Below, one piece after another: positions 39,287 through 50,058 of a stretch of 64,000 nt of DNA. Source of the stretch: Sedimentisphaerales bacterium (GTDB lineage Bacteria > Planctomycetota > Phycisphaerae > Sedimentisphaerales > SM23-30); assembly GCA_963666285.1 (NCBI GenBank), contig OY762711.1. One strand, 5' to 3'. The translations under genes were made by a program, and so were the position numbers. Under the pieces are notes generated by a model. That model ran no database searches. It worked only from the letters and a program-made list of their open reading frames with translations, and was not told the origin of the DNA. Each line of letters starts with the position of its first letter. Position 1 is the first letter of the stretch.

Positions 39287-40123
39287 GTGACTGAAGATTT
39301 AGGATTGTTTCAATTAACCTGGCTGTTCTTCACATTAATTGTGATGGGCAAATGGCTATTGCGTAATAATTGGGGTAAAACCGCTCTCGATGGTTGTGAG
39401 TTGCCGGAGAATGAGTTCAATCCGGCTGATGCAGCTATTGCTTTTGCTATGTTTTTTGGTTTTTTACTGTTTTCAAATTTGTTAATAAGTGAAGACAGTG
39501 CATTTGAAAATAAAATGATCGTTACTTCATCTATCAGTTTTGCTGCGTCATTAGTGATGTTAGCTTTTCTGAACAAACGACTTAAAGATGGAGTGGGGCC
39601 GCTGTTCAAAAAAAATCCGGTTATGGTTATTGGCCAGGCAATTATATATAGTATTCCCGCTATTTGTTTGTCTGCGATTGTATTTTTTATAACGATATTG
39701 ATTTGCAGGGTATTTGGTTACGATCAGGTAGAGAAGCATCAATATCTCGAAGAAGTTTTTGGTGCCGGCAATCCTGAAACAAACAAGGTTATTCTTCTTT
39801 ATGTCTCGGCTGGAATTGTAACTCCTTTAATAGAAGAGACTTTGTTTCGAGGACTTCTACAGAATATTCTTTCTAAAGCTATCGGCATGAAATGGCCGGC
39901 TATTTTTATTGCCGCTTCCTTTTTTGCTCTTATGCATGGAAATGTTCAACACTGGCCGGCACTGTTTGTTCTGGGGTCATTTTTCGGATACACTATGATA
40001 AAGACCAGGTCGCTGGCTGTACCAATGGTTATGCATGCGATTTTTAACTGCTATTCAATTACTAATTCACTTTTATCCGAGATGTCAAAGCAAACCGAGA
40101 CTATTCAGGCACTTATCAAATAA
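39287..40123 (+). CDS. CPBP (CAAX/Abi) intramembrane metalloprotease
   Basis: PLIEETLFRG, FALMH, MHAIFN. Confidence 0.88.
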   Translation: MTEDLGLFQLTWLFFTLIVMGKWLLRNNWGKTALDGCELPENEFNPADAAIAFAMFFGFLLFSNLLISEDSAFENKMIVTSSISFAASLVMLAFLNKRLKDGVGPLFKKNPVMVIGQAIIYSIPAICLSAIVFFITILICRVFGYDQVEKHQYLEEVFGAGNPETNKVILLYVSAGIVTPLIEETLFRGLLQNILSKAIGMKWPAIFIAASFFALMHGNVQHWPALFVLGSFFGYTMIKTRSLAVPMVMHAIFNCYSITNSLLSEMSKQTETIQALIK

Positions 40124-40862
40124 CTTTACTTTGCTTGACCTTACCGTCTACTGATATGATGTCCTCGGTTACCGGCAATCCGCTGCCGCTGTTGTCTCGT
40201 GCCTGACTTACCATTGCGGTCAGTCCGGAGCAGCATGGCACTTCCATTCGTAAAATCGTTACACTGTTTGGTTTACTTTCTGCAAAGATACGAGTTAGTT
40301 TTTCGAGGTAACCATCCTGAACATCTAATTTGGGACATGCTATAACCAGTCCGCGACCGGCTAGATAGTCCTGGTGAAAGCTGCCGAATGAGAATGCGCT
40401 GCATGAAGCGGCTATAAGGATATCTGCTCCCTGGAATTGCGGTGCTTCAGGGCGTACCAGGTGAAGCTGAATAGGCCAGGCTGTAAGTTCTGATTCTACC
40501 TTTGCTTCTGGATGCATAGTACATGTGGAGCCGCCCCTGTCAAAGCTCTTATTCTGTGTCGAAGGACAGCCGCCGACAGGCTGACGGTTAAGCTGGACAT
40601 TCTGAGCTGATGGACAACCACTGCTGTATTGGTGACTGTGAACCGGCTGAGGAACAGAATCGTTCGTTTCGATTTCTATAAATTCAATTGCATCAACCGG
40701 GCATTTGCCGATGCATTTGCCGATACCGTCGCACATATTCTCTCGTACCATTTTGGCCTTGCCGTCAACCATTTCCAGGGCACCGCCTGGGCATGCGTTA
40801 ACACATTTGCCGCAACCGACGCATTTTTCATCATCAATTTTAATTATAGTTCTTTTTGCCAT
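40116..40862 (-). CDS. 4Fe-4S ferredoxin-domain protein
   Basis: CVGCGKCVNACP, CDGIGKCIGKCP, WPIQLHL, IACPKLD, MEVPCC. Confidence 0.88.
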   Translation of the reverse strand: MAKRTIIKIDDEKCVGCGKCVNACPGGALEMVDGKAKMVRENMCDGIGKCIGKCPVDAIEFIEIETNDSVPQPVHSHQYSSGCPSAQNVQLNRQPVGGCPSTQNKSFDRGGSTCTMHPEAKVESELTAWPIQLHLVRPEAPQFQGADILIAASCSAFSFGSFHQDYLAGRGLVIACPKLDVQDGYLEKLTRIFAESKPNSVTILRMEVPCCSGLTAMVSQARDNSGSGLPVTEDIISVDGKVKQSKVI

Positions 40863-41087
40863 GTCTTATCCTCACTGCTGGTTATTTTGTGAGTAATTAT
40901 AGCGATGTAAATTCTCATAAGGCAAGGAGTTCCAAAAAACTATATGGGTATTTTCCGACCTATTTGGCTCGAAAGGTCTTATGCCGGCATAAATCGTTTA
41001 ATGGTCAATATTTGAAAATAAATAACCGTAAAACACATTTTTTGAGTAGGTCTCCCAAGCGTAATAAACCAGTTCACATTAACAAAT

Positions 41088-41114
41088 AAAAAAGGGCGGA
41101 TATTACTCCGCCCT
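41088..41114 (-). terminator. Intrinsic terminator
   Basis: A tract plus AGGGCGGA/TCCGCCCT hairpin. Confidence 0.75.
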
Positions 41115-41148
41115 GTTAATATTGTGGATAAGTTGTGCAAAACCTGTT

Positions 41149-42159
41149 TTATGCGTGTGCCATACCGCCTTTTTTATGTTCGGCCAATTCGCATAATGTT
41201 TTCATCTTTTCACGTACTTCCTCAGCCATTCTGCTGTTTGGATATTCCTTAACTATTGCCTGGCCAAGCTTTAATGCTTTTGCCCATTCTTTGCTGGTCA
41301 CAGCAATTGAGAACTGGACACCCATATTATGCAGCCTGGTTTTTAGGACATCCCGGGCGGTTTCCTGCAGGGCGGCAGCTTCTGTTGGTGTCAGGTGGTT
41401 ATCAAGCATCTTAAGTATCTCAACACTGCGATCGTGATCATTTTTCTTGGAGGCATCGTCGAGTTTCTGTAGAAGTTCCTGCTTGTGTTCGAGGCGTTTC
41501 TTTTCGGTCTGCCCATGCAGCTTCTTTACACTATCCTGATCTGGGTATTTATTGATCAAAGCAGCTTCTTCAGCCTGGGCAACTTTATAATCATGGATCA
41601 TCCAGAGCGATTCCAGATGCTTAATATGTTCTAAAGCCTGTTCTTCCACAGACATCTGCATCGTACGAGTCATTTCGTTTTTTAGTTTTTCTGCCAGCTC
41701 TTCCGCACCAAGTTTGGTTCGAATTTGCTCGATCAGCCATTCGGCGGTTTCGTTATCTCCTTTTCTTATACTCTGCATAGCAGTATCTTCGATTGTTTTG
41801 AGATCTTTATCTCTAAAAGCGATAGATTTTAAGGTATCACTGAGCAATACATTTTCACTCAGACTGTTAAGAATCGCCTCTTCATGGGTTTGGCTGGTAC
41901 GCATCCTTCGCAAATCATCTACCATGCTTTCAAGGTTTTCATTTACTCTTTGCAAGTAGCTGAGAGCTGAGAGGAAAAATATGAATGTGCCGGCAGAGAA
42001 CAATACCCAGAACATACCACGCGTGATAGACTGAAATTTTGTTGAATCCTGGGTGATTGGATTGCCTGGACTGCTAACAATTAGTGAGAAAAAGGCCGCT
42101 ATGAAAATAATCAGAAGCAGGAAGAATATTCCGGTATTATTGTTATCGTGCTTAATCAT
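41149..42159 (-). CDS. Membrane-anchored helical hypothetical protein
   Basis: Two N-terminal TMs followed by a coiled/TPR-like region (YPNSRMAEEVR). Confidence 0.7.
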   Translation of the reverse strand: MIKHDNNNTGIFFLLLIIFIAAFFSLIVSSPGNPITQDSTKFQSITRGMFWVLFSAGTFIFFLSALSYLQRVNENLESMVDDLRRMRTSQTHEEAILNSLSENVLLSDTLKSIAFRDKDLKTIEDTAMQSIRKGDNETAEWLIEQIRTKLGAEELAEKLKNEMTRTMQMSVEEQALEHIKHLESLWMIHDYKVAQAEEAALINKYPDQDSVKKLHGQTEKKRLEHKQELLQKLDDASKKNDHDRSVEILKMLDNHLTPTEAAALQETARDVLKTRLHNMGVQFSIAVTSKEWAKALKLGQAIVKEYPNSRMAEEVREKMKTLCELAEHKKGGMAHA

Positions 42160-42457
42160 GATATGGCCTCCGCAATTATATTTCTATATCGATATGATAT
42201 TTGAGTACCGTCATATAAGACATTTTACATTTAGTAAAACGCTAAAAATTCAGATAGAATTTCATTGATTCTATAAAATTATATCATATCTAAGAAATAA
42301 AGTCAATTTTAGCTATATTTACATTTTTTTGTAAGTTCATATATAGAACAATTTTACAGACTGCTTGTTTAGCAGTTACACATAGGTAATGCTGAAACAA
42401 TTTTAAGTTTGATATCCTACTAATAATGTCGGCAAATGGGGTAGGGAGTTTACTTGT

Positions 42458-43141
42458 TTATTGGAATTTACCATCGATTAAAGATATAACCCGGTGTGCC
42501 TGCTGAGCTATATTCAGGTCATGAGTTACCATTACAATGGTCTGTCCATTTTTGTTGAGGTTGTGCAGGATGTCAAGAATGGCCGCACCAGATTTGCTGT
42601 CAAGGTTTCCAGTAGGTTCATCCGCCAGCAGCAATCTGGGATTATTGGCAAGAGAACGGGCTAAAGCTATACGCTGACGTTCTCCTCCTGACATTGTAGT
42701 TACTTTTTGTTTGGCATGTCCACTTAGTCCGACTAACTCAATAAGTTCGCTAGCTCGTTTGATTGCCTTAGGTTTTTCAATAGTCCATCGCCAGGCCGGG
42801 CATTTTATCATTATCGGAAGCATAATATTTTCCAAAGCATTCAGCTCCGGCAGTAAATGATAGAACTGAAAGACAAATCCTGTTTCCTGGTTCCGAATTT
42901 TATCTTTTGCCCGGTTATTTATCCTGGCGGTATCTTTGCCATTTATGATTACCTGCCCGCTGTCGGGAGAGTCCAGAAGTCCCAGGATGTGGAGTAAAGT
43001 ACTTTTTCCTGAGCCACTAGCACCCATAATAGCAACAAATTCACCCGGTTCAGCATTTAGATCCAAGTCTATCAGAACAGGGTGCTTAGTAGTTCCTTCT
43101 TTGAAACTTTTGTTAATTTTTGTTGCTTTCAGCATTATCAA
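42458..43141 (-). CDS. ABC ATP-binding protein (LolD/MacB-type)
   Basis: GASGSGKST, GFVFQFYHLL, MSGGERQR, ADEPTGNLD, VTHD. Confidence 0.92.
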   Translation of the reverse strand: MIMLKATKINKSFKEGTTKHPVLIDLDLNAEPGEFVAIMGASGSGKSTLLHILGLLDSPDSGQVIINGKDTARINNRAKDKIRNQETGFVFQFYHLLPELNALENIMLPIMIKCPAWRWTIEKPKAIKRASELIELVGLSGHAKQKVTTMSGGERQRIALARSLANNPRLLLADEPTGNLDSKSGAAILDILHNLNKNGQTIVMVTHDLNIAQQAHRVISLIDGKFQ

Positions 43142-43165
43142 TATTTGGGAGAATAAATAAGACTA

Positions 43166-45367
43166 TTAGAGCCATACATCCAGAGCAATTAGCCTGAGCA
43201 GCGAATCTTTACTCCACTTAAACAGGGTTGATTTGCCACAGTCAATATTAACTTTACCGGACATATATGCAATCGCAGATTCATTAAGCTGGCCTGGCTC
43301 GATATCTATGGTAACCTCATATACTACTTCCATTGGTTTAATTTGCCCAATTGAAGAGTCATATTCTGAAAGTACTTCACCACCGACTTTGTTACTTAGG
43401 GCAAGTCTTTCACCATATTGGCCAAAATCCTGTTCGCTATGAACGGAAACAGATTTAACTTTTCCTTTAAATTTATCATCTAAAAAGCCATACAGCATCA
43501 TTTCAGCCTCTGGCTGAAGCCCTTCTTTTAATCCATTTATCCTAGAGAGTGTTTCTTCAGGGACCAGTACCTTGGCTTGCAGGGTCCTGGTATCAGCAAC
43601 CATCATGATGGGAGTGCCCTGGGGCACATAAGCGCCGCGAATTTTATCAATATCCTGATCCAGGGATAAAATTTGACCTTCGAAAGGAGTTTGAATTTTG
43701 AACTTTTCTATTAGCTCATTCTGACTGGCAAGTTGTTTATTTAAAGATACAAGTCTTCTATCCAGCTGGTTAACCAATTCAGCAGCGTTTTTCAGCTTTG
43801 CAATTTCTCTTTCGATTCTGGTTTTCTCAATATTTGCTTTAATAATTTTAACGTCATTTATAATTTCCGGGTTATTTAGTTCCGCAACCAGCGATTTATT
43901 TTTGAGCCATTTACCCTGGGCAATATTTTGGTCCAGAGCGATTATGCCGGACACTTCAGCTCTTATCATTTTGATATTGGTTGGTTCCAGGATAAAATTC
44001 AAAGTAACCTGCTGTTGGAAGGGAATAAACATAACCATTCCTGTCACAGCAAATACGATAGCCAGTAAAGTCAACAGCCTGGTGTTTGTAATACCCAAAG
44101 CTTCTCTTCTTCTAATAACCATATTTCCACCTTTAAAAACCGGCAATAAAACCATGCTTAAAACAGAGAATATCATCAGTGTTTTACCCAGCAGTTCCAG
44201 TTTGACAGAAGCAAACATTTTATACAGCATAAATGTAATTGAATAAGTAAGGAAAAGCCTGTAGCAAAATGAAAAAACAGCATACATAGGAAATAGCATT
44301 TTATACCTATGTTCTTCGGGAGATTCAGTCGGGTTGCCACCAAAAATATATTTAACCCAAAGATTGGTAATTGCATTGGAAGCTCTCTGCCGTAAGTTAG
44401 GAATTTCCATTATATCCATAACAATATAGTAACCGTCAAATTTCATAAGCGGGTTTGCATTCATCATGACAGTTGTAATTGAGCATGTCAGGATAATATT
44501 GAAACACAACGCATGCAGAAACTGAGGTCGGTCGGTTATATACCAGATAATAGTCGCAACAGCGGCGATGAATAATTCTACAAGGATGCCGGCAGCAGTA
44601 GCCATAACTCTGTGCAGTTTATTACGGAAAATCCATGAATCTGTGATATTGCAATAAAGCATTGGCATAAAGACAAGAATCAGAAATCCGATCTCATGAA
44701 CTTCACCGCCATAATGTTTACATGTGAAGCCGTGCCCAAATTCGTGTATAACTTTGGTAATCCAGAAAGCAGCAAATAACAAAGATGCATTCCAAATAGT
44801 AAAGAAATCATCATTAAACATGTTGGCAAAGTCATTCCACCTGTCAACAATAAGAGTTCCCGCTAAAATGAGAATTAAAAGGTAAAATATTAAGAAGGCA
44901 GGAGTCCATATAAAGCTTAATTTGTCAACTATTTTACCTATATGTTTGTCAGGGTCGTAAATCGGTATTTTCAGGTACAGAAAACTTGCGAATTTACCAA
45001 TAAGTTTCTTTTTGCGAATTTTTTTAGCTGAGTTATACAGCAATTCATCTCTGTCCGGATGATTTATGACCAAAATATTCTTAGCCAAGAGAGATCTGAT
45101 AAATTCGGCTATTTCTCTTCCGTCTAAATTCTGGCTGTTAAACTGTTTCTGATGCTTTTCGATCAGCTCACCAAGAGTTATATTATTGGAAAGCTGCTCG
45201 ATAAGAAAATGCTCTTCCCTGTTAAACCTGTAATATCTAAGGCTCATAGGGTCTTTATAAACCCAATAAGGCTGTCCATCATAAATTTGCTGATAGACTT
45301 TCATTTCAGGCCTGATGCGAGGCAGCATTTGAGCATCAGACAGCACTTTTTCATTTAATTCTGACAT
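43166..45367 (-). CDS. Site-2 protease (M50) / HlyD-type membrane-fusion hybrid protein
   Basis: HEFGH, NANPLMKFDGYY, multiple TMs, C-terminal lipoyl/coiled-coil adaptor (IQTPFEGQI). Confidence 0.85.
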   Translation of the reverse strand: MSELNEKVLSDAQMLPRIRPEMKVYQQIYDGQPYWVYKDPMSLRYYRFNREEHFLIEQLSNNITLGELIEKHQKQFNSQNLDGREIAEFIRSLLAKNILVINHPDRDELLYNSAKKIRKKKLIGKFASFLYLKIPIYDPDKHIGKIVDKLSFIWTPAFLIFYLLILILAGTLIVDRWNDFANMFNDDFFTIWNASLLFAAFWITKVIHEFGHGFTCKHYGGEVHEIGFLILVFMPMLYCNITDSWIFRNKLHRVMATAAGILVELFIAAVATIIWYITDRPQFLHALCFNIILTCSITTVMMNANPLMKFDGYYIVMDIMEIPNLRQRASNAITNLWVKYIFGGNPTESPEEHRYKMLFPMYAVFSFCYRLFLTYSITFMLYKMFASVKLELLGKTLMIFSVLSMVLLPVFKGGNMVIRRREALGITNTRLLTLLAIVFAVTGMVMFIPFQQQVTLNFILEPTNIKMIRAEVSGIIALDQNIAQGKWLKNKSLVAELNNPEIINDVKIIKANIEKTRIEREIAKLKNAAELVNQLDRRLVSLNKQLASQNELIEKFKIQTPFEGQILSLDQDIDKIRGAYVPQGTPIMMVADTRTLQAKVLVPEETLSRINGLKEGLQPEAEMMLYGFLDDKFKGKVKSVSVHSEQDFGQYGERLALSNKVGGEVLSEYDSSIGQIKPMEVVYEVTIDIEPGQLNESAIAYMSGKVNIDCGKSTLFKWSKDSLLRLIALDVWL

Positions 45368-45434
45368 ATTTATTACTTATTTTCTGTGCCTGTAAATTCA
45401 ATGTATAGGCATTTTGAAAATTAAAAAACAAAAT

Positions 45435-46430
45435 TTAGAGAAGTTCTACTCTTACTCTCATACCTGGTCTATAGGTGAAAGGATATTTGTTATCCTGGTC
45501 ATCTTTAATTGTCGGATTGTCCATCTGAACTTCAATATAAAATTCGTCAATCGCTTCGATAATAGTAGGTTCAATATAAACAACAGTTGCGCGTTCTGAT
45601 TTGGTAAACCCTTGAACGTAAACAAGTGCCTTCTGACCAAGTTTAATATTTTCAAGAGACGATCTTGGCTGTTTAAATCTTACCCTGAGTTTATCAACTT
45701 CCATCATTGCTATTGCAGGGCTGGTAGCCTGAACAACCTCTCCCTTTCGAATTTGTTTAAGTGTATAGTTTTCCATACTTTTAACACTGGAGAATGGAAC
45801 GATTACACCATCAACCGGGGCAAAAATAGTATAGAATTCCAATGTTTTCTGTAGATTGGCCAACTGATTTTTAAGCAGTCTCATTTCAAGCTCGGCTTTT
45901 TTGACAGCTTCCCTGGCAAGGTCTCTTTGCTGGATAGCTTCTTTTTTTTCCTTGGCAGATCCAACTTTTGAACCACCGATGGTCTGATTAAACAAATCTT
46001 CAACGATTTTCAGGTTATCTTCGGAAAACTCAAGCTTGATCTTTGCTTCATTCATGGTAGTGCTGAGTTCAATTTTGTCTTTGAGCGATTGAATCTCTAG
46101 TTTCACCAGGTCACTATCTAGTTTAATAAGAGGCTGGTTTTTACTGACATAATCTTGCGGCAGGGCAGAAATTTCAGCTACAAGTCCGTTAACCATCGTG
46201 CTAAGAATAATTATCTGTTCTGCCTGGAAGAAATATGGATAACTTTCTTCGTAACTGGTATCAGAGTTTTCCATACCCAGATCGGCAAAAACTATGTCGC
46301 TGGAAGAAGAGTTTTGCGCAAAGCAGCAATTTCCAACTAATAGAGAAAATATTACAATCAAACTGCATAGAGTTTTTAAATATCTTAGAGACATTGTAAA
46401 AAAATTCCTTTCGATAATGTTTATATCCAA
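45435..46430 (-). CDS. HlyD/RND periplasmic adaptor
   Basis: NGLVAEI...coiled coil...IFAPVDGVI...YRPGMRVRV. Confidence 0.82.
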   Translation of the reverse strand: MDINIIERNFFTMSLRYLKTLCSLIVIFSLLVGNCCFAQNSSSSDIVFADLGMENSDTSYEESYPYFFQAEQIIILSTMVNGLVAEISALPQDYVSKNQPLIKLDSDLVKLEIQSLKDKIELSTTMNEAKIKLEFSEDNLKIVEDLFNQTIGGSKVGSAKEKKEAIQQRDLAREAVKKAELEMRLLKNQLANLQKTLEFYTIFAPVDGVIVPFSSVKSMENYTLKQIRKGEVVQATSPAIAMMEVDKLRVRFKQPRSSLENIKLGQKALVYVQGFTKSERATVVYIEPTIIEAIDEFYIEVQMDNPTIKDDQDNKYPFTYRPGMRVRVELL

Positions 46431-46509
46431 ATTTGTCAGAAGAATAGCCTGGTAATATAACTATTCTATTGACTAGTTAATGTTTATGGTCAATAAAAAA
46501 TAAAATTTG

Positions 46510-48495
46510 TTAGAAGGTGTTGACTCTAATGAAGTCAGTAAATTCGTGAGTTAGCAGGTAAAAGATACTCTTTTTACCGCATTCTATAGCAACTTTACCT
46601 TCCATTCCCTGTCGAAGCTCCATTTGGCTGAGCTCTTCGGGCATGGCGACAGTAACACTGATAACATTTCGATATTTCTGCTGGCCGGTAGTTTCAACAT
46701 GTGCTCGTGAAGATAGATTGACCACTTCAGTATCGAAAATTTTATCCGGATAAGCATCCATGATTACTTTAGCCTTCAGGGTTTCACCTTCTTTAAGTTC
46801 ATGCCAGGAATCCAGTAGGCTGCCGGCTTCATCTTCTGGCACATTAACCTGAAATTGCCATATTGGCGTTGTAGGTATAACTTCCAGGACCAGGTCACCA
46901 GCTTTTAGAGGTTTATTAGTAAGTTCCCTGATTTCAGTCTCTCGAGTGGTAATTATTCCACTAAATGGAGCTTTTATTTCATGGTTTTCTAGTATGAACT
47001 CATATTTAGCCTTTTCAGCTTTCATGCCTGCAATCGATAATTCAAGCCTTTTTGCATCTTCACCAAGACCTTTGCTTAGCGCCTGTCTGCGGGCAATGTT
47101 GCTTTCATCAATAGAATTCGCGATTCTTGTTAGTTCTGTTTCTGTGATACGGGTATCAAATCGAGCTAATACTTCTCCGGCTTTGACCATGCGGTCTTCC
47201 GGAATATTTACGGAATCGATAATGCCATCTGTCAAAGCGTAAATATTACGAGCACCTTTGGCTATAAGTTCTGAATTTCCAGTAACTTTTACATTTTTTT
47301 GTATAACATGCGGAAGGGTTACTATAGCTAGTAGTACTATAGCCCATGTGAGTTTTTTATATTTACTTGATCTAAAAGTTTTGTCTCTGAGTGAGGCAAG
47401 CAGTTTCATACAAGCCAGAAGAGGCAACTCATTGTATTTCTGGCAGTTTTTTATAGCGATACCGGCTTCAGCCATAAGCCCTTCAATTTGTTGAAGCTGG
47501 TTATTGCTAAAATCTTCTTCCAGAGCTTTTTCTACAATTAGAGCTCCAACGATATGTCCTTCTGGTGCTTTTATTGGAAAGATGCCTAGCATTACAGAAT
47601 CTACCTGGAGCATATAGAGCCTGGTAGCGGTAATAAGTTCATTATCATCGGTTGTCTCAGCTTTTTTAGCGGCATGGGGATTATCGACAATGAGAGGTTT
47701 ACCATTTTTGCATACTTCTTTGCTTATAGTTTCAAGATCTTTAAGCATAGCGCTTTTAACGGCAACCGATTCCAGGCCGCTGACAGCCTGTACGCGAAAC
47801 TTGCCATTAGAACTGTAAGTTCCTGCAGTACAACGATATACCTCTAGCAGCTCCTGCGAATAGTTTGCAATCGCATAGCCGCATCGCTTAGGATCAAGAC
47901 TGCTGTGCAGAGCACTGACATAATGCCTGAGTCTGTCGGTTTTACTGGTATATTTCTTTTGCGAACGAAGTTCTTCAGCGAGTATAAATTGTCCGGCTTT
48001 TTGACAAAGTCCGGCCACAAAACCAGCGTAACCTCTTACTGCACGAGGATCCACGCCTTCAGGAGAAATCAAAACCAAAATAGCGGCTACATCGCCGGAA
48101 ACCTTAACCGGGACAAATAACAGGGTATGCGGCGAGTTGTTTATTGCCTGCTGGCCGAGTCCTCCGTCATAGAGGTCAGAAGCGCCATGTGCCGGGAGAA
48201 CAATGGTACCACCAGATTCCTTAACTTTTTTTATCGCCATTTCAGCAAGTTTGAATTGGTTTCCGTTTGGTTCTAAACCTGCAATGGACTGGTTAATATG
48301 GCAAACACAAATTAACTGGTCAGTGTTTACTTTCCATACAGAACCGCCGCTGCCAAGAACAGAGACAATCTGTTCCAAAAATGTCCTGAAATATTCAACA
48401 AAGCTGAGTTCGGATTCGCTTATTAGAGCTATTTCCTGGTCTAAAATGGCCAGCCTGTCTTGAAAAGAATTGACCTGCTGCTGTGCTGTGTTCAT
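46510..48495 (-). CDS. GAF-like domain plus HlyD periplasmic adaptor
   Basis: N-terminal GAF-like regions (VQAVSG, VGALIVE), one TM, DGIIDSV...VKAGEVL, IKAPFSGII, LRQGMEGKVAIECG. Confidence 0.82.
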   Translation of the reverse strand: MNTAQQQVNSFQDRLAILDQEIALISESELSFVEYFRTFLEQIVSVLGSGGSVWKVNTDQLICVCHINQSIAGLEPNGNQFKLAEMAIKKVKESGGTIVLPAHGASDLYDGGLGQQAINNSPHTLLFVPVKVSGDVAAILVLISPEGVDPRAVRGYAGFVAGLCQKAGQFILAEELRSQKKYTSKTDRLRHYVSALHSSLDPKRCGYAIANYSQELLEVYRCTAGTYSSNGKFRVQAVSGLESVAVKSAMLKDLETISKEVCKNGKPLIVDNPHAAKKAETTDDNELITATRLYMLQVDSVMLGIFPIKAPEGHIVGALIVEKALEEDFSNNQLQQIEGLMAEAGIAIKNCQKYNELPLLACMKLLASLRDKTFRSSKYKKLTWAIVLLAIVTLPHVIQKNVKVTGNSELIAKGARNIYALTDGIIDSVNIPEDRMVKAGEVLARFDTRITETELTRIANSIDESNIARRQALSKGLGEDAKRLELSIAGMKAEKAKYEFILENHEIKAPFSGIITTRETEIRELTNKPLKAGDLVLEVIPTTPIWQFQVNVPEDEAGSLLDSWHELKEGETLKAKVIMDAYPDKIFDTEVVNLSSRAHVETTGQQKYRNVISVTVAMPEELSQMELRQGMEGKVAIECGKKSIFYLLTHEFTDFIRVNTF

Positions 48496-48853
48496 CTGGT
48501 TCTCCGTAAAAAGCGTTATAAGTGATTTTGTATAAATTACTTATATAGGCCAATCCCTGGCATTATAAGCAAGCGGCGGTCATTTGACTATAAAACAGTC
48601 CAATGACAGATTGACATCATACTCGATTGACATGGTAATGCCAAATCAAAAGCAAAATAGAGCACCACTCAAATCATCATAACTAATAATATTGGTACGA
48701 ACAGTATTTTAATGAAAAATCAATCATGGACAACCAAAAATCCAAATTAAAAGGTATCATGTGAAATATAATTTGTGACACAGCGATAAATTAAAAAGAT
48801 TTTAATGTTTGGACTATTTTGTAAGAATAGGTAACTTTTTTTGAAAATTATGG

Positions 48854-48881
48854 TTGACGTATCAGTACAATTTAGTATAAA
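48854..48881 (+). promoter_or_regulatory. Candidate sigma70 promoter for the long leader and giant gene
   Basis: TTGACG, 16 bp, TATAAA. Confidence 0.5.
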
Positions 48882-48889
48882 TAATACCG

Positions 48890-50058
48890 AGGAAGAGAGT
48901 TTGAGAGTTTAGTGGAAGAGTTTGTCATCATGGCGTTTAGGGTTTTTTGCTATGGAAAAGTAAAACCCTGATGCTGAAAAACCGGTAATTGGCAACGACA
49001 TTCCGTTTTAGTCGGAGATTGCCTTTTGTGACAGACTATCCAAAAGTTGGAAAGTGTATATTGTGATCGCAGCACAGGAAGCGAGCGGCGAATATTATTA
49101 ACAGTATTATTAGCTGGAATTTAATACATGTTCCTGTTAATAATCAGGAGTGACATTACGAGTGTAACTTTGTCCAGAGTGATCAAAGTTACGAAAGGCG
49201 CAATATGGGCAGAGAAAATTTTTCTACTGGCGGTGAAAACTGTTTCATTGTCTTCCAGATGGGATAGCTGTTCTGAGCAAAAAAGCTGATATCAGTATTG
49301 AAAATCACTGTTGATGCATAACGCCAATCAAGTGTTTAATCGCTATTGGTTTATGCGTTTTTTGTCATATATAAGTTTTTTAAAAAAATAATGACAAAAA
49401 ACTGAAGTTGTTATGCCTAATGTAGTGATAATACTGAACAAGAAACTGTGTATAGTGCGCATGGACTATGCATAATGTTCTTTTAAAATTGAATATGAGA
49501 AAAAAGATTTAATTTTGGTTTGGGCTTACGTGTTAGATGTCGGCATGAATTTCGATTAAAGAAATGCAGATAAAAACCGCATTATTGAATATGTTATCGA
49601 GCACGTAGTACCAAAATCAAAATAATATGATACTCTTTCTACAAGCTGCAAATAGGCGAGTATGCTGATTTAGGTCTGGTTATCGAATTAAGTTTTATTT
49701 AATAAGATAAAACAGAAGTTATTGGAGCATCAGACTAAATTGTAATGTATACCGGCAGGAGTGCAGGCCTTGGCCTGTAATGGATGGAACCTGAAATTCA
49801 GGGCAAGTATAATGCGAGAAATTCGCAGAGCTGGTATAAGCGGTTAGACGGGCTAACGCCCGGGCTCCTGTTATTATGAGCCAATTGCAGATGAAATATA
49901 TACGTTATTATTCAGAAATTATGGAATCTAGAGAAACAAATTTATTCGAATGAGCCTTAGTGCGTTGCTGAGGTACAAAATTACGAAACACTCTCTTAAA
50001 ATTAAATGCACAAAAACGATTATAAAAGTTTGTCGCTTTTTATAAAGGAGATTAAATT
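48890..50058 (+). ncRNA. Putative large structured RNA or 5' leader (about 1.15 kb)
   Basis: No ORF in the track; many nested inverted repeats with G-U pairs favouring the + strand (see findings). Confidence 0.55.
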
